DNA of 64,000 nt from NCBI GenBank assembly GCA_052426225.1, contig JBNJNM010000012.1, positions 1,860,001 through 1,924,000 of the forward strand, in the 5' to 3' direction. Made by a program: the position numbers and the translations under genes. This DNA is from Zancudomyces culisetae HAW-14-8. Lineage: Eukaryota > Fungi > Kickxellomycota. Positions within the stretch are counted from its first letter, which is position 1; every line of letters begins with the position of its first letter. Shown here in pieces: positions 36,101 to 47,658 of this stretch. The notes under the pieces were generated by a model, which saw nothing but the letters and a program-made list of their open reading frames with translations, was not told the DNA's origin and ran no database searches.

Positions 36101-39100
36101 ATTGATTATGTAAAAAAAGTTAGATTCAAAAAACTAATTATATCTGTTGTTTTTTCTCTGCACCTTTGTGCCATTTTTTAATATTAAATACTAAATAATT
36201 AAGAATAAAAATAAACTATTGATAGGTGTTCGATTGGTTAAAAAAAACCTTTCGGAAAAAAATTCAACACGAACATTTCGCTATATGACACATTTGTTGT
36301 ATAATTAAATTTTACTTTTAATTATTTATTTTTTTCTTATTTATATATGTATAATATGTATCGTATAATTATTGTTATAAATTATAAACTTAGTTGAAAC
36401 TATTATAAACTTAATATAATCATCTGGAGTTGATCATAACTATTTATTTACTACTATAAAGCTTGTATGATAGAATGATATTTATTTCCTTATGCAATAA
36501 CTAATAGTTTAAATACTTTTCCTAGTATTATAAACATACTAATAACTAACTATTGAACTAATACTAACTAAATAAACTAATACTGAAACAATTTAAATGA
36601 GTAATAAACTAATACTCTTAATAAAAACATCAATGAATCAGTTTGATTGAATACTAAAAAAACTAAAACTAAAAGTATATTATTAATTTAATTATTTCAC
36701 TTGATGATATGCATATAATATTAGTTTATCATCAAGGGTTCATGTCACTATTGACACATTGTCAGATACTAACATTTTTATGCAAGTATCTCTTTTATTT
36801 TATACTATATGCTAAATATAAAACTATGTTATTCTATTTTTAAATAATACTATGTTCTATTTCAGACCTAATTGTATATCTTTTTATTCCTAAATTAACT
36901 ATTTATTGTGTAACTTTTATAAAAAACTAACTAAAAATCTCTTATATAAGATACTACTAAAAAATTATATTAAAAAACGAAATGTTATTAAAAAAAATCA
37001 CTAGGATAAAAAAACTAATGCATTTCGGATTCGTAACCAGTTACGAATCGATTGTCAATTTGCTATATGACAGCATGTTAAAATAAGATTATTGTAATAT
37101 ATTTTTCTCTACTTATTTATTATCACTATACTATATTTGTTTTAACTTTATATACTGTATACTTAATATTATTCTGATAGTTTGAGAAAAGAGTTGTATT
37201 TATTTTTCTTGTTGTGAGAGGTCCTTTTGACCCCTAAAATTGTTCATACTAGTCTGAAATAAATTATACCTATAAAATAACTTCGGACAAAAACCACGAG
37301 GGGAAAAAGGTCCAATCTAAAAATATTGCTAATTATATAATCCTAAACTAATAACTAATAATTAAATTCGTTCCTATCATATTATTATACGACATGCATT
37401 GATAACTTCTTTCTCTATTATTTGTTAAAGTTAATATTTATTTGATTTTTTATATTTAATAGTTTAGTTTAAATATCTATGTCATGAACTGATTCTAGAA
37501 TGTTCGAAAACGTTCTAGAATCATCTGATTTTATTCCGCAGTAATGTTTAGAATGTTGGGAAACATTCTAGAACATTACCGAAAATTCACATTATTTCTC
37601 AATTTTTCTTACGTAATAATTTTCACATGTTTAATTTTATTAGCATTCGAGTTTGATTTTTGTTTGATTACTAATCCAATTTGATTAGTAATCAAACACG
37701 TTTTTCTTTAACTTGCATTTTTAGCTAATCCGCAGTTTTCATAGTGATTTTGTTCAAAAACCAAGGCTGGAAAAAAGTATAAAAAGGGTACAATTTTCCT
37801 GTCTTGGATTCAGTATCTAGTATCTAGTATCTTGTATACATTCATACAATAAACATTAATAATAATAAATATAACACCCCTGACTCCAGATCTTGACATA
37901 GACTATTAGCTAAACTATTTTTTAATACTTATTAATTATACTTAATCTTTAAATAGTGTTTAGATAATACTGTGTTAATTTTAGTATAAGATTGGTGTCG
38001 TTTCCACTTTGGATACTAAATCCTTTTTTTTATATTGAAATGACTATAAATAGAAATGTTGTATAAAAGTATTCTAAAGTATAAAATATTCTAGATATTA
38101 GAAAAAGTCTAAAAACTAATTCGAGATTCCTAGTAATAAAAACTTATATTAAATATATAATTAAACGTTATCTAGAAAGTAATTAAAAAAGTTTTATTAA
38201 TTTGATAATAATTGTTAATTAACTCAATTCTAGATGAGGTGTACTTCTCTTAAAATATATCAGCATTTGTTATATTTATTATGTACTATCTGATCAGTAC
38301 GTTTGAGTAGCCTGCTGTTTAATTCAGCTACTTCTGGTTCCGGTTGTGTAGCTAGTATCTTAACCGTGTATGCTTGTTTATGTTTTAATTATTATATTTA
38401 TACTTAGATACTTATACTATTAATCTTGATTTTTTTATTTACGATAGTGCTATTAGGTATAAGAATAAAACTAATAGTTATTGATTATGTAAAAAAAGTT
38501 AGATTCAAAAAACTAATTATATCTGTTGTTTTTTCTCTGCACCTTTGTGCCATTTTTTAATATTAAATACTAAATAATTAAGAATAAAAATAAACTATTG
38601 ATAGGTGTTCGATTGGTTAAAAAAAACCTTTCGGAAAAAAATTCAACACGAACATTTCGCTATATGACACATTTGTTGTATAATTAAATTTTACTTTTAA
38701 TTATTTATTTTTTTCTTATTTATATATGTATAATATGTATCGTATAATTATTGTTATAAATTATAAACTTAGTTGAAACTATTATAAACTTAATATAATC
38801 ATCTGGAGTTGATCATAACTATTTATTTACTACTATAAAGCTTGTATGATAGAATGATATTTATTTCCTTATGCAATAACTAATAGTTTAAATACTTTTC
38901 CTAGTATTATAAACATACTAATAACTAACTATTGAACTAATACTAACTAAATAAACTAATACTGAAACAATTTAAATGAGTAATAAACTAATACTCTTAA
39001 TAAAAACATCAATGAATCAGTTTGATTGAATACTAAAAAAACTAAAACTAAAAGTATATTATTAATTTAATTATTTCACTTGATGATATGCATATAATAT

Positions 39101-40329
39101 TAGTTTATCATCAAGGGTTCATGTCACTATTGACACATTGTCAGATACTAACATTTTTATGCAAGTATCTCTTTTATTTTATACTATATGCTAAATATAA
39201 AACTATGTTATTCTATTTTTAAATAATACTATGTTCTATTTCAGACCTAATTGTATATCTTTTTATTCCTAAATTAACTATTTATTGTGTAACTTTTATA
39301 AAAAACTAACTAAAAATCTCTTATATAAGATACTACTAAAAAATTATATTAAAAAACGAAATGTTATTAAAAAAAATCACTAGGATAAAAAAACTAATGC
39401 ATTTCGGATTCGTAACCAGTTACGAATCGATTGTCAATTTGCTATATGACAGCATGTTAAAATAAGATTATTGTAATATATTTTTCTCTACTTATTTATT
39501 ATCACTATACTATATTTGTTTTAACTTTATATACTGTATACTTAATATTATTCTGATAGTTTGAGAAAAGAGTTGTATTTATTTTTCTTGTTGTGAGAGG
39601 TCCTTTTGACCCCTAAAATTGTTCATACTAGTCTGAAATAAATTATACCTATAAAATAACTTCGGACAAAAACCACGAGGGGAAAAAGGTCCAATCTAAA
39701 AATATTGCTAATTATATAATCCTAAACTAATAACTAATAATTAAATTCGTTCCTATCATATTATTATACGACATGCATTGATAACTTCTTTCTCTATTAT
39801 TTGTTAAAGTTAATATTTATTTGATTTTTTATATTTAATAGTTTAGTTTAAATATCTATGTCATGAACTGATTCTAGAATGTTCGAAAACGTTCTAGAAT
39901 CATCTGATTTTATTCCGCAGTAATGTTTAGAATGTTGGGAAACATTCTAGAACATTACCGAAAATTCACATTATTTCTCAATTTTTCTTACGTAATAATT
40001 TTCACATGTTTAATTTTATTAGCATTCGAGTTTGATTTTTGTTTGATTACTAATCCAATTTGATTAGTAATCAAACACGTTTTTCTTTAGCTTGCATATT
40101 TAGCTATTCCGCAGTTTTCTAGTGATTTTGTTCAAAAACCAAGGCTGGAAAAAAGTATAAAAAGGGTACAATTTTCCTGTCTTGGATTCAGTATCTAGTA
40201 TCTTGTATACATTCATACAATAAACATTAATAATAATAAATATAACACTCCAGACTCCAGATCTTGACACTATACTAGATCAAAATATTATATTTATTAT
40301 TTTCTGAAACCAGCCTAAGTATTTAAACC

Positions 40330-41550
40330 ATGGAACCGTTTAGCCCAGAACAAGTTGAATTCCTCAACAAAGCCGCCGTGACCCTGCCAGCAGTTGAAGA
40401 AGCCCTCCAGCAACTACTAATAAGAGTAGAAAAAGCCGAGTCTGCCATCAAGGAACACCCTGCCACAGTATCCAAGAAAATTTATGACAAGGTCAAAGCA
40501 GACACCACCAAGTCCATCCAGACCATTCTTGACTCCATGAACAACCTCCAGTCCGATATCCAGAATTCAGACCAGCTAACCCAAAGCGCCATACAGGCCA
40601 ACCAGTCGGAAATCCAATCCCTTCAGGACCAGCTCAGTACCCTCAGGGACGAAGTCATACTTTATATAACTGAAAACCGTGCCACCAAAGTTGCTAGTAC
40701 TTCTGAACCTAGTATCAAAGTCAGACACCCAGACACATTTTCAGGAAAACCCTCCGCCTGTTCCAACTTCTTTTCACAGCTTGCTCTCGTCTTTGCCGCT
40801 TCACCCGACAAATTCAACACTGACTCAAGTAAAGTCTTGTATGCCATCTCCTACCTCTCAGGAACACCATTCAATTACATGGAACCTTACCTCATGAAAG
40901 CAAACCTTCCAGAGTCTGACCGTCCTGCCATTCTCTCCAACTACAATCTGTTTAAAGAAACTATCACTCGTGCCTTTGGTGATCCCAACCCTATTGAGAA
41001 TGCTGACAGGGCAATCCGCCAACTCAGACAAACCACTTCCGTTGCCGCATATGCCACCGAGTTTAGACGCCTACAGATGTTAATTGACTGGAACCAACCA
41101 CCTTTGATCTCACAGTTTCTATCCGGTCTCAAGTACAACGTATCCCAGGAACTCAGCCGTAGAGAACCAATAGAAGACATCGATACCCTGATCTCTACAG
41201 CCATCCAGATCGACAACCGCCTCTTCAGCCATCCACAACGTCGTCAACCTCCAGTTAACCCCACTGCAACTATGCCACCCAAACCCACTGCTTACAACCC
41301 GTTTGCTTCACCTGTTTCTGCACCATCTACCACTCCACCAGCTAATAGTGATGGACCTCAACCAATGGATCTCAGTACCGCTTCATCGACTAGAAGACCA
41401 CCACTTACTCCTGCTCAAAGAGCATACCGTATCGAAAACAACCTCTGTCTCCATTGTGGCGGTAATGACCATTTCAACATCAACTGTCCAAAGAAACGCC
41501 ACAACATCTCCAGCATTACACCAACACAGGAAAACGACACCGCCCAGTAG
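40330..41550 (+). CDS. C2b Gag
   Basis: Near-identical to C2a Gag. Confidence 0.95.
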   Translation: MEPFSPEQVEFLNKAAVTLPAVEEALQQLLIRVEKAESAIKEHPATVSKKIYDKVKADTTKSIQTILDSMNNLQSDIQNSDQLTQSAIQANQSEIQSLQDQLSTLRDEVILYITENRATKVASTSEPSIKVRHPDTFSGKPSACSNFFSQLALVFAASPDKFNTDSSKVLYAISYLSGTPFNYMEPYLMKANLPESDRPAILSNYNLFKETITRAFGDPNPIENADRAIRQLRQTTSVAAYATEFRRLQMLIDWNQPPLISQFLSGLKYNVSQELSRREPIEDIDTLISTAIQIDNRLFSHPQRRQPPVNPTATMPPKPTAYNPFASPVSAPSTTPPANSDGPQPMDLSTASSTRRPPLTPAQRAYRIENNLCLHCGGNDHFNINCPKKRHNISSITPTQENDTAQ

Positions 41551-44500
41551 ACAGTAAGGGACACCTATTGGGCAACTTAGCCAGTCCCCACGCCACTGTA
41601 ACCACTCCTGTTTCTGACACCCAATCTCCTGATAAACCAAACACCTTGACCATTCCTGTAACCATCTTGTTCAAGCACCACCACATCAAAACCTACGCTA
41701 TGGTTGACTCTGGTGCTTCGTCCTCGTTCATTGACGCCACCTTTGCTCTAAAAAACAATCTACCATCTATATCTAGAAAAATGACAATCACTCTCGCTGA
41801 CGGATCAAAGCTTAGATCCAACTCTGCCTCCCAAGTAACACTAAAAATCAACGATAACCATCTCGAAAGTATCTATCTGCAACAACTAGATCTTGGATCT
41901 TCACCGATCATCCTTGGTCTTTCCTGGCTTCAACAACACAATCCTGACATCAACTGGACTGAGAACATAGTCCATCTGCCGTGTACCTTGACTTCTTGTG
42001 GGCCCAACCATGTCAACCTAGACATCTCTCTTGTGGGCTCAAACCAGTTTAAAGAACATCTGAAGGCACCAGACACTGTCTATGCTGGTGCAATTACCGT
42101 GAACAATCTTGAATCCCTTGTAGCTCCTGAATCTTGTGAAAATCTCTGTTTTGTCTCTGAATCTAATCCTGAAACCCCTGATACTCCTGTAATCCCTGAA
42201 AAGTATAAAATGTTTGAATCTGTCTTCTCTGAATCCCAATCTGCCAAACTGCCTGAACATCGTCCATATGATCATACCATTCCTTTGCTTCCTGACTCAA
42301 AGATACCATATGGCCCATTGTACAACCTCTCCCAATTGGAACTAAAGACCCTGTACGACTATATTCAGGAAAACCTAGCCAATGGTTTTATCCAACGCTC
42401 TGAATCCCCGGCTGGGGCTCCCGTCCTATTTGTAAAAAAGAAAGATGGTAGTCTCCGGTTGTGCGTCGACTATAGAGCCCTGAATAAGATCACTGTCCCC
42501 AACCGTGCAGCCTTGCCACTCATCTCTGAAACCTTGGATCGGCTTGGCAAAGCCAAGATATTCACCAAGCTGGATATGAAATCCGCATACCACATGATCA
42601 GGATCTCGCCTGGTGAAGAATGGAAGACCGCGTTTCGTACACGCTACGGCCACTTCGAGTATAAGGTCATGCCGTTTGGCCTTATGAATGCTCCAGCCAC
42701 GTTCCAGTCCTTTGTTAACGATCTCTTCCGTGAATACATTGATCAATTCCTTGTTGTGTACATCGATGATCTGTTAATCTACTCAGATGATATCGATAAG
42801 CACTATGACCACGTCTGCCTTGTCTTGAAGAAGCTTCAGGAACACAATCTCACCCTCAAGCTAGAGAAATGTGAGTTTGATGTACAATCAGTACAGTTCC
42901 TCGGTTTTGTAATTGGCCCCAACGGAATCTCTATGGATCCATCTAAAGTATCCAGCGTTACCGAATGGAAGACACCAACTTGTGTCCGTGACGTTCAGGT
43001 ATTCCTTGGCCTTACAAACTTCTACCGCCGTTTTATTCTGAACTACTCCAAGATATCTCTGCCACTCACCGCCTTGTTGAAAAAAGGTGTCCAATTCCAG
43101 TGGACACTCAAAGCTGAAGAAGCTTTCGCCTTGCTAAAAGAAACCATGATCAGTAACCCAGTCTTAGCTCACTACAATCCTGACCAGCCTTGTATCATCG
43201 AAACCGATGCATCAGATTTTGCATTAGGTGCCATTTGCAGCCAGTATGACAACGAGGGACAGCTCCACCCTGTTGCATACTACTCCCGGAAACTCCTGCC
43301 TGCTGAAGTGAATTACCAAGTCTATGATAAGGAACTGTTAGCAATTATCGACGCTTTTGCTCACTGGCGTCACTACCTTGAATTTTCTGTACACCCAACC
43401 GTTGTTATGACCGACCATAAAAACTTGGAATACTTCTCCACTACCAGAAATCTTAGTCGCCGCCAAGTCAGATGGTCAGAATACCTCAGTAACTTCAACT
43501 TTGTCATCAAGTACCGCCCTGGAAAACAGAACACTGCCGCCGATGCTCTTTCTCGGAAAGACCAACCTTGGAAGGGGGGTGACTCCCGTACTGACCAAAA
43601 CAAAATAACTTTGCTACCTCCTGAAATCTTCTTGAAGTCCATGACTAGTACACCTGTTGAACCTTTGTCCTCCACGCTCATGAACAACATCAAGTCACTA
43701 CAACCCAAAGACACGTACTTTGGACCCATTTACACTGACTTATCCAAGAAACCTGATTCCCATGAAAAGTACACTCTTGTTGACAATCTTCTGCACTATG
43801 ATGGACTAATCTGTATCCCCTCGGACGACAACATCAAAAGAACTATCCTGATTGAATGCCATGATTCCCCTGCTGCCGGCCACTTTGGAAATGCAAAGAC
43901 ATACGAACTTGTATCTCGCAACTTTTACTGGCCAACCATGAGAAAATATATCAAAGACTACATCTCTGGTTGCGATACCTGTCAACGCAACAAATCCTCT
44001 CGCCATAAACCATATGGCTACCTCGCTCCACTTCCCGTTCCTGATTCACCTTGGTCATCTGTTTCTGTCGACTTCATCACTCAGCTACCTCCATCCAATA
44101 ACTTTACTGCAATCTGTGTATTTGTGGATCGCCTTACCAAGATGGCGCATTTTGTTCCCACAACCAATGAAATTGATGCTGAAGGTACTGCAGATCTGTT
44201 TATCCAACATATCTTCTGCAAACATGGACTCCCTAACGACATCGTATCTGATAGAGGTGTAACCTTCAATTCATCATTCATGCGTACTCTAATGAAATCA
44301 CTGAATATTGAACAGAAAATGTCCACCGCATTCCATCCTCAGACAGATGGACAAACTGAACGCGTAAACTCAGTATTGGAACAGTATCTCAGGTGCTACA
44401 TTGATTACCAACAAACTGATTGGTCAAAGTGGTTACCAATTGCCGAATTCGCCTACAACAACACATCTCATGCTTCTATTAAGACCACACCTTTCTACGC

Positions 44501-45146
44501 CAACTATGGCTTCCATCCACGCTTCTCAGTCACAATTCCTCGTACTCAAGTTTTAAATCCTGCCTCCTCTGATAGATCCAAACGACTATCTGATATCCAC
44601 CAAGAACTGAAGTTTAACATCTCCCTTGCCCTTGAAGACCATGAGAAATACTACAACCGAAAAGTATCATCACAACCTGACTTCAACATTGGTGATCTTG
44701 TCTATCTATCAACTAAAAACATCAGGACTCAAAGACCAAGCAAGAAGCTTGACTATCGGAAACTTGGTCCATTCAAAGTATTGGAAAAGATTGGACAAAG
44801 ATCATACAAACTTCAGCTACCACACACAATGAAGATTCACCCAGTATTCCACGTCAATCTCCTTGAAACTTGTAAACCAGATCTGATCCCAGACAGACTA
44901 TCAAAACCGCTTCCACCTGTGATCATTGATGGTCAAGAAGAATATGAAGTTGAGAAAATCCTAGATAGTAAAATATTTGGTAGAACTGTCAAATACCTGG
45001 TACACTGGAAAGGATACCCAGACACTGAACGTACCTGGCAAACATATTCTGACTTAGCAAATGCAAAATATCTTGTCACTGAATTCCATCGTCACCATCC
45101 TGAAAAACCAAAGCCACCACAAATGCTTCACGGAGCTCAGCCTTAA
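41529..45146 (+). CDS. C2b Pol with chromodomain (-1 frameshift)
   Basis: Near-identical to C2a Pol; same slippery site. Confidence 0.95.
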   Translation, partial: GKRHRPVDSKGHLLGNLASPHATVTTPVSDTQSPDKPNTLTIPVTILFKHHHIKTYAMVDSGASSSFIDATFALKNNLPSISRKMTITLADGSKLRSNSASQVTLKINDNHLESIYLQQLDLGSSPIILGLSWLQQHNPDINWTENIVHLPCTLTSCGPNHVNLDISLVGSNQFKEHLKAPDTVYAGAITVNNLESLVAPESCENLCFVSESNPETPDTPVIPEKYKMFESVFSESQSAKLPEHRPYDHTIPLLPDSKIPYGPLYNLSQLELKTLYDYIQENLANGFIQRSESPAGAPVLFVKKKDGSLRLCVDYRALNKITVPNRAALPLISETLDRLGKAKIFTKLDMKSAYHMIRISPGEEWKTAFRTRYGHFEYKVMPFGLMNAPATFQSFVNDLFREYIDQFLVVYIDDLLIYSDDIDKHYDHVCLVLKKLQEHNLTLKLEKCEFDVQSVQFLGFVIGPNGISMDPSKVSSVTEWKTPTCVRDVQVFLGLTNFYRRFILNYSKISLPLTALLKKGVQFQWTLKAEEAFALLKETMISNPVLAHYNPDQPCIIETDASDFALGAICSQYDNEGQLHPVAYYSRKLLPAEVNYQVYDKELLAIIDAFAHWRHYLEFSVHPTVVMTDHKNLEYFSTTRNLSRRQVRWSEYLSNFNFVIKYRPGKQNTAADALSRKDQPWKGGDSRTDQNKITLLPPEIFLKSMTSTPVEPLSSTLMNNIKSLQPKDTYFGPIYTDLSKKPDSHEKYTLVDNLLHYDGLICIPSDDNIKRTILIECHDSPAAGHFGNAKTYELVSRNFYWPTMRKYIKDYISGCDTCQRNKSSRHKPYGYLAPLPVPDSPWSSVSVDFITQLPPSNNFTAICVFVDRLTKMAHFVPTTNEIDAEGTADLFIQHIFCKHGLPNDIVSDRGVTFNSSFMRTLMKSLNIEQKMSTAFHPQTDGQTERVNSVLEQYLRCYIDYQQTDWSKWLPIAEFAYNNTSHASIKTTPFYANYGFHPRFSVTIPRTQVLNPASSDRSKRLSDIHQELKFNISLALEDHEKYYNRKVSSQPDFNIGDLVYLSTKNIRTQRPSKKLDYRKLGPFKVLEKIGQRSYKLQLPHTMKIHPVFHVNLLETCKPDLIPDRLSKPLPPVIIDGQEEYEVEKILDSKIFGRTVKYLVHWKGYPDTERTWQTYSDLANAKYLVTEFHRHHPEKPKPPQMLHGAQP

Positions 45147-47658
45147 GAGGGGAGGTCGTGTCATGAACTGATTCTAGAATGTTCGAAAACGTTCTAGAAT
45201 CATCTGATTTTATTCCGCAGTAATGTTTAGAATGTTGGGAAACATTCTAGAACATTACCGAAAATTCACATTATTTCTCAATTTTTCTTACGTAATAATT
45301 TTCACATGTTTAATTTTATTAGCATTCGAGTTTGATTTTTGTTTGATTACTAATCCAATTTGATTAGTAATCAAACACGTTTTTCTTTAGCTTGCATATT
45401 TAGCTATTCCGCAGTTTTCTAGTGATTTTGTTCAAAAACCAAGGCTGGAAAAAAGTATAAAAAGGGTACAATTTTCCTGTCTTGGATTCAGTATCTAGTA
45501 TCTTGTATACATTCATACAATAAACATTAATAATAATAAATATAACACTCCAGACTCCAGATCTTGACAATCTACTTGTTAGATTCGAACTAAAAACTCA
45601 CTATTAATGTTTTTTCTTTATAAAACTGTTTATTTAGTTTAATAGTTTTATAAATAATAATATTAATATGTGTATTCCAAAAAAGATATGTTTATTAAAC
45701 TCAAGCTAATTCCTATATAAACTATTTTTTATGCTATTTTTTATCTCAATTTTTCTTGTTATCTATTTTTTCTTGGCTCATAAAAAATAACCCAATGCAC
45801 AGGATAAAAATAGTCCAATTTTTCAAATAATTAATTTTGTTAGTTCTCAAATTATCTTATATTATTTGTATAAATATAAAATATATACTTTTATACGACA
45901 GAACCCCCTTCCCAAATTGAACGTACTGTGTTTTTAAAACGGTGAAGCTTTGAACGCAACTGTGAGGACACTTCAGGAACCATATGGGTGCTGTGGTGGT
46001 ATTTTTTTAGTGAATCGCCATTCACAATGTCGCGATTTCCCTCGGAATCGGTAATCAGGTAAGCTCCTAAATTTAACTTTTTTAGAATCCGGTATGGCCC
46101 TTCCCATACTTCTTGAAACTTATCGGTAGCATGTTCGACTAGCTTCATGACCATTTGGTCAATTTTGAAATTCACAAATTTTACTTTTTTATCGTATGCT
46201 GTCTAAATATTTTGTTTAGCTTTAACACTATTTTGGTATCCTATTTCACGTAACTCAGGTATGTTAGTATTTATAGATTCGATTCTTTCCTGTATTGCAA
46301 GTTCCAAATCACTAATTTCGGCCGGCGGTGACCACAATGATGGTGTAGTCAACTTTACACCATATAGTAACTCGGCAGGACTATAACCAGTACTTCTATT
46401 TCTCATGGTTCGTATGGCGAGTAATGTTTTAGACAGGTAAGCGTCCCAGTTTTTCTCATCTTTTTTGCACTGCCTTGACAGTACATTTTTTAGCGTCTGA
46501 TTAAGGCGCTCAACCATGCCGTTTGTCTGAGGTCTATAGGATGTTGCTGGAGTATGCTTTATGCCTAGAAAGTTGTGTACGTTTTCTGCTGCCTCACTGA
46601 TAAATCCTGGACCTCTATCGGTTATAATTTGGTCAGGTGTACCAAAATTCTGCACTATTTGAGTAACAATAAAATTAATAATTGTATCTGACCTAATATT
46701 TTCGACTGCTTCAGCTAACGGCCACCTTGTGAAGTAGTCGATGCCAGTCAGTATATATCTATTTCCGTTAGTAGAAGGAGGACTAATCGGCCCTACGGCA
46801 TCCAACCCAATGATTCCAAAAGGCTTATGCGAATATATTGGCTGCATTTCATTATTTCTTGTTCTACTTCCTTGATAGCTTTGACATACAACGCATTCTT
46901 TTACTGTCTTTTTTACTGTTTTAAATAAATCACGTCCTGTATATTTTTCTGAAATCTTCCTCCAAGTGTTTTCAATACCTTGGTGCGCTTCTTCGTGTAT
47001 AGATTTGACCTTTTCATTAATATTTTAGTCCAATAATACTTTTTTACAAATCCCTTTACACTGTCTAAATAAAATATTGTTTAATAATTGAATTTTTTAG
47101 ATAGTATATATATTTTTCCTTTAGTAACTTCATCACTTTGAGGAGGGAGCCTATTATGAAGTAAATAATCTTTTATAGTTTCATTTGATATACGAGTAAC
47201 TGCTAACACATCTATAGGTTCTTCTGGTATAGTTTTAGATTCTAATCTCGATAGAACATCGGCGGGATTAGATTTTCCTTGGCATAGATTTTCCTTGGCA
47301 GTGAATGACTGAGTAATTATAATTTCGTAGAATCATAGCCCACCGGGCCACACGTCCAGTTATATCCTTGCCGTCAAAAAGTTTCAATAGGGCTTTATGA
47401 TCCGTTCGGATTGTAAAGTGTCTGCTCCAAAAGTAATGTTTAAATTTTCTTACCCCCCATACAACTGCCAATCCCTCCAGATGAGTGATTAAGTAATTTT
47501 TTTTTGTTTATTTGTCGTTTTGCTTGCATATAAAATAGGTTTTTCGCCGAGTTCAGTGACTTGAGTCAAGATAGCTCCAACACCATCAACCGAAGCATCT
47601 GTGGTAAGAATAAACTCCAACTGCCAATTTGGATGCGCTAATGTTGGTGCACTACATA

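Larger units (their letters stand above)
30343..39858. repeat. Tandem array, 4 x 2379 bp (C2 LTR plus 1960-bp spacer made of stacked solo LTRs)
   Basis: LTR starts at 30343, 32722, 35101, 37480 and 39859 (period 2379); spacers look identical by eye. Confidence 0.95.
39859..45569 (+). mobile_element. Chromovirus C2b; LTRs 39859-40269 and 45159-45569 (411 bp, apparently identical), TSD ATCTA
   Basis: LTR pair, 5-bp TSD, PPT, intact ORFs. Confidence 0.98.
39779..47658 (-). mobile_element. Truncated Ty3/Gypsy element T2: 3' LTR (39779-39858 + 45575-45900, split by C2b), decayed RNase H/integrase 45901-47658
   Basis: LTR TGATAAC...TATACGACA preceded by GCAT; PPT GGGAAGGGGG on the minus strand; integrase and RNase H fragments homologous to T1/T3 with stops and a 16-bp duplication (47269-47300); cut off by Tc1. 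Confidence 0.9.

Noticed and set aside
30343-39858. CRISPR array or centromeric satellite
   Set aside because: Units are fully explained as LTR plus stacked solo LTRs; no cas genes or short repeat-spacer structure. The CRISPR comparison is only an analogy for polarity.
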